Assembly (NCBI GenBank): GCA_048938445.1
Contig: JBHLME010000082.1
Coordinates: 1 to 20,130 of the forward strand
DNA length: 20,130 bases
From: Promethearchaeota archaeon
GTDB taxonomy: Archaea > Asgardarchaeota > Lokiarchaeia > Sigyniarchaeales > SOKP01
Direction of reading: 5' to 3'
Shown: piece after piece, positions 18,325 to 20,130 of the stretch
Numbering within the stretch: the first letter of the stretch is position 1
Layout: each line of letters starts with the position of its first letter
Made by a program: the position numbers and the translations under genes
Notes under the pieces: generated by a model
What the model was told of the DNA's origin: nothing
Database searches by the model: none
What the model saw: only the letters and a program-made list of their open reading frames with translations

Positions 18325-19092
18325 ATGAATGAAAAAAAGGGAACCAAAAATGAAAAAGAGCCAAAATCAAATAAATTTTTAATAGGACCTGGTTTTGGAT
18401 TAGCATTTATGGGTGCTTTTTATCTTATATGGTGGATTTTTATTGCTTCTGAAAGTCTTATAGAAGACCCTCGTTGGGCTCATAATCTTGCTTATGCGAT
18501 TATAATCTTGACAGTGGGATTAGCCTTCTATAAGAAAAGCGTTGTATCTCGAAGTATTGCTTTAATTCAATCTTTCTTTTTACCCGTAGTTGGGAGTGGT
18601 TCTTTCAATACAATAATACTAACGATCATAACTATAGTAATTTTTACGTCATGGTTAGTAGTTGTTATAATAGAGAAGATTAGAGATAAAATGTTTCTCC
18701 AAGAAAAACTTCAAAAAAGGACTTGGTTATGGTTAAACCTACACACACTAGTTTTAGCTTGGATACTCATTGCACATATGGGATTAATGTTTATCATAGT
18801 AAGATTTCCTTTAGAAGCTGAACTCTATACTTATGATCCAATGGCTGCTTATTTAGCAAATCTACCTCCTGAAAGCCTTGAATTCGGGACATGGGTGTTT
18901 GATATCACATTGTTTATCTGGGCTGTTTTAGCTCTCTGGGAACAGTTTAAAATGGGATATAACATTCAAAATAAACCTTGGCCTAGATATAGTTTTTATA
19001 TGGCAATGGTATGCATGGGTGCATCTTTACTCGCTCTACTCATTCAACAAGTAACAATTGGATTTCAATGGGTAAATCTAATATATCCCTGA
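18325..19092 (+). CDS. Hypothetical integral membrane protein (about 7 TM)
   Basis: 255-aa ORF with multiple hydrophobic segments and Trp/His-containing motifs (PRWAHN, WLNLH, LIAHM, WEQFKMGYN, KPWPR). Family not recognised. Confidence 0.8.
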   Translation: MNEKKGTKNEKEPKSNKFLIGPGFGLAFMGAFYLIWWIFIASESLIEDPRWAHNLAYAIIILTVGLAFYKKSVVSRSIALIQSFFLPVVGSGSFNTIILTIITIVIFTSWLVVVIIEKIRDKMFLQEKLQKRTWLWLNLHTLVLAWILIAHMGLMFIIVRFPLEAELYTYDPMAAYLANLPPESLEFGTWVFDITLFIWAVLALWEQFKMGYNIQNKPWPRYSFYMAMVCMGASLLALLIQQVTIGFQWVNLIYP

Positions 19093-19120
19093 TTTTAAAT
19101 TAAGATATTACAAATATTAG

Positions 19121-20130
19121 ATGATATTTATGACAAAAGAAGATGTTCCAATGATTCATGCAAGTATGGCTTCTGATATTAACCTCCAAAAAGAATATTT
19201 TGAAGAAGGTAAAGTATTCATACTTCAAATTGAATCTACACTGAGTTGTCCTCAATTATGTAACTATTGTTATGCGGGTAGTTTACCAAACAGTCCTGAT
19301 GGACTATCTTCAGAAAAAATCCGAGAATTAATTGATTCTGCTGCCTCTATGGGTGTGAGAATGATAGATTGGTTAGGGGGGGATCCCCTCATGAGAAACG
19401 ACTGGTATGAATTATGCAATTTTGCTTTAAAAAAAGGACTCATAAATAATATTTGGACTAGTGGTATCCCTTTAGCAAATACAGAAATAGCAAAGAATGC
19501 AGTAAAGGTGTCTAAAGGTGGTTTTATCTCAACTCATCTCGATACACTAGATCCTGAACTATATATGCTTCTTCATGGTGGAGAGGATTGCAAGGGAAAT
19601 TCAAATAATATTAATTTAATTTTAAAAGGAATTAAAAATACTTTAGCCGCGGGAAAAGAACCTGGAGCAATGGTAAACTGCATAACATATACAACACCCT
19701 TAGCTCGTGGTGATGCTAAGGGAATGATATCATATTTCCAAGAAAAATTTGGAATTAAAACATGTTTAACACTCTTTAATCCCGTTATTCATAGATCAGG
19801 AAATCCTTCCTGGGAACCCTCTAATATAGAAATTAAAGACGCTTACAATCATAGAGACAAGGTTAATTATCCTGATGATACATCTTGCGGTCCAATGGAT
19901 GTTTCAAAGTTTTATTGTGGAACCGTTGTATGCATAACTGCTGAAGGATGGTTGATTCCATGCTCAGTAATAAGAACTAAAGAATTTGGTAATATATATG
20001 ATGAGAAACTGGAAATATTGATAGAAAAAAAGAAAAAAAGGCTATTAATGTTAGACTTTCGAGATACATCAAATTTACCCGGGAATTGCAGTTCTTGCTC
20101 TAATAATTCATTTTGTTTCGGGTGCCGAAG
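19121..20130 (+). CDS. Radical SAM protein with SPASM domain (partial, runs off the window; not in ORF track)
   Basis: Open frame from ATG 19121 (or 19130) to the window end. It contains CPQLCNYC (CxxxCxxC), LGGDPL and IWTSG, then SPASM-type FYCGTVVCITAEGWLIPCS...FGNIYD...CSSCSNNSFCFGCR. Confidence 0.93.
   Translation, partial: MIFMTKEDVPMIHASMASDINLQKEYFEEGKVFILQIESTLSCPQLCNYCYAGSLPNSPDGLSSEKIRELIDSAASMGVRMIDWLGGDPLMRNDWYELCNFALKKGLINNIWTSGIPLANTEIAKNAVKVSKGGFISTHLDTLDPELYMLLHGGEDCKGNSNNINLILKGIKNTLAAGKEPGAMVNCITYTTPLARGDAKGMISYFQEKFGIKTCLTLFNPVIHRSGNPSWEPSNIEIKDAYNHRDKVNYPDDTSCGPMDVSKFYCGTVVCITAEGWLIPCSVIRTKEFGNIYDEKLEILIEKKKKRLLMLDFRDTSNLPGNCSSCSNNSFCFGCR

Overview
AT-rich (roughly 30% GC) archaeal DNA, most likely from an Asgard archaeon (Lokiarchaeia-like). 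This is inferred from the archaeal-type PEP carboxylase, an HTH_10 regulator, a longin-like/small-GTPase fusion and a multi-TM protein with a C-terminal RING-like finger. Most of the window is a redox/oxidative-stress and metal neighbourhood: glutaredoxin plus ferredoxin:thioredoxin reductase, a high-GC katG, a P1B-2 ATPase, a second glutaredoxin, an iron-sulfur flavoprotein, an hcp-associated-type ferredoxin, a non-canonical CooS-V-like CooS and a flavin oxidoreductase-rubredoxin fusion. The right end carries ppcA, a QueG-like protein, a membrane protein and a radical SAM/SPASM enzyme cut by the window edge. Highlights are: (1) a shared palindrome (consensus ATCGAACATGTTCGAT) upstream of cooS, the ferredoxin and katG, suggesting an undescribed regulon; (2) a longin domain with an FLCN/SMCR8-like 'ARG' arginine-finger motif fused to a GTPase whose switch II is replaced by a Cys cluster; (3) a membrane protein with a p44-like C4C4 RING; (4) four coding regions absent from the ORF track (three small ORFs and the partial radical SAM gene). 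No RNA genes, CRISPR arrays or transposases were recognised. All family assignments come from motif recognition, not database searches.
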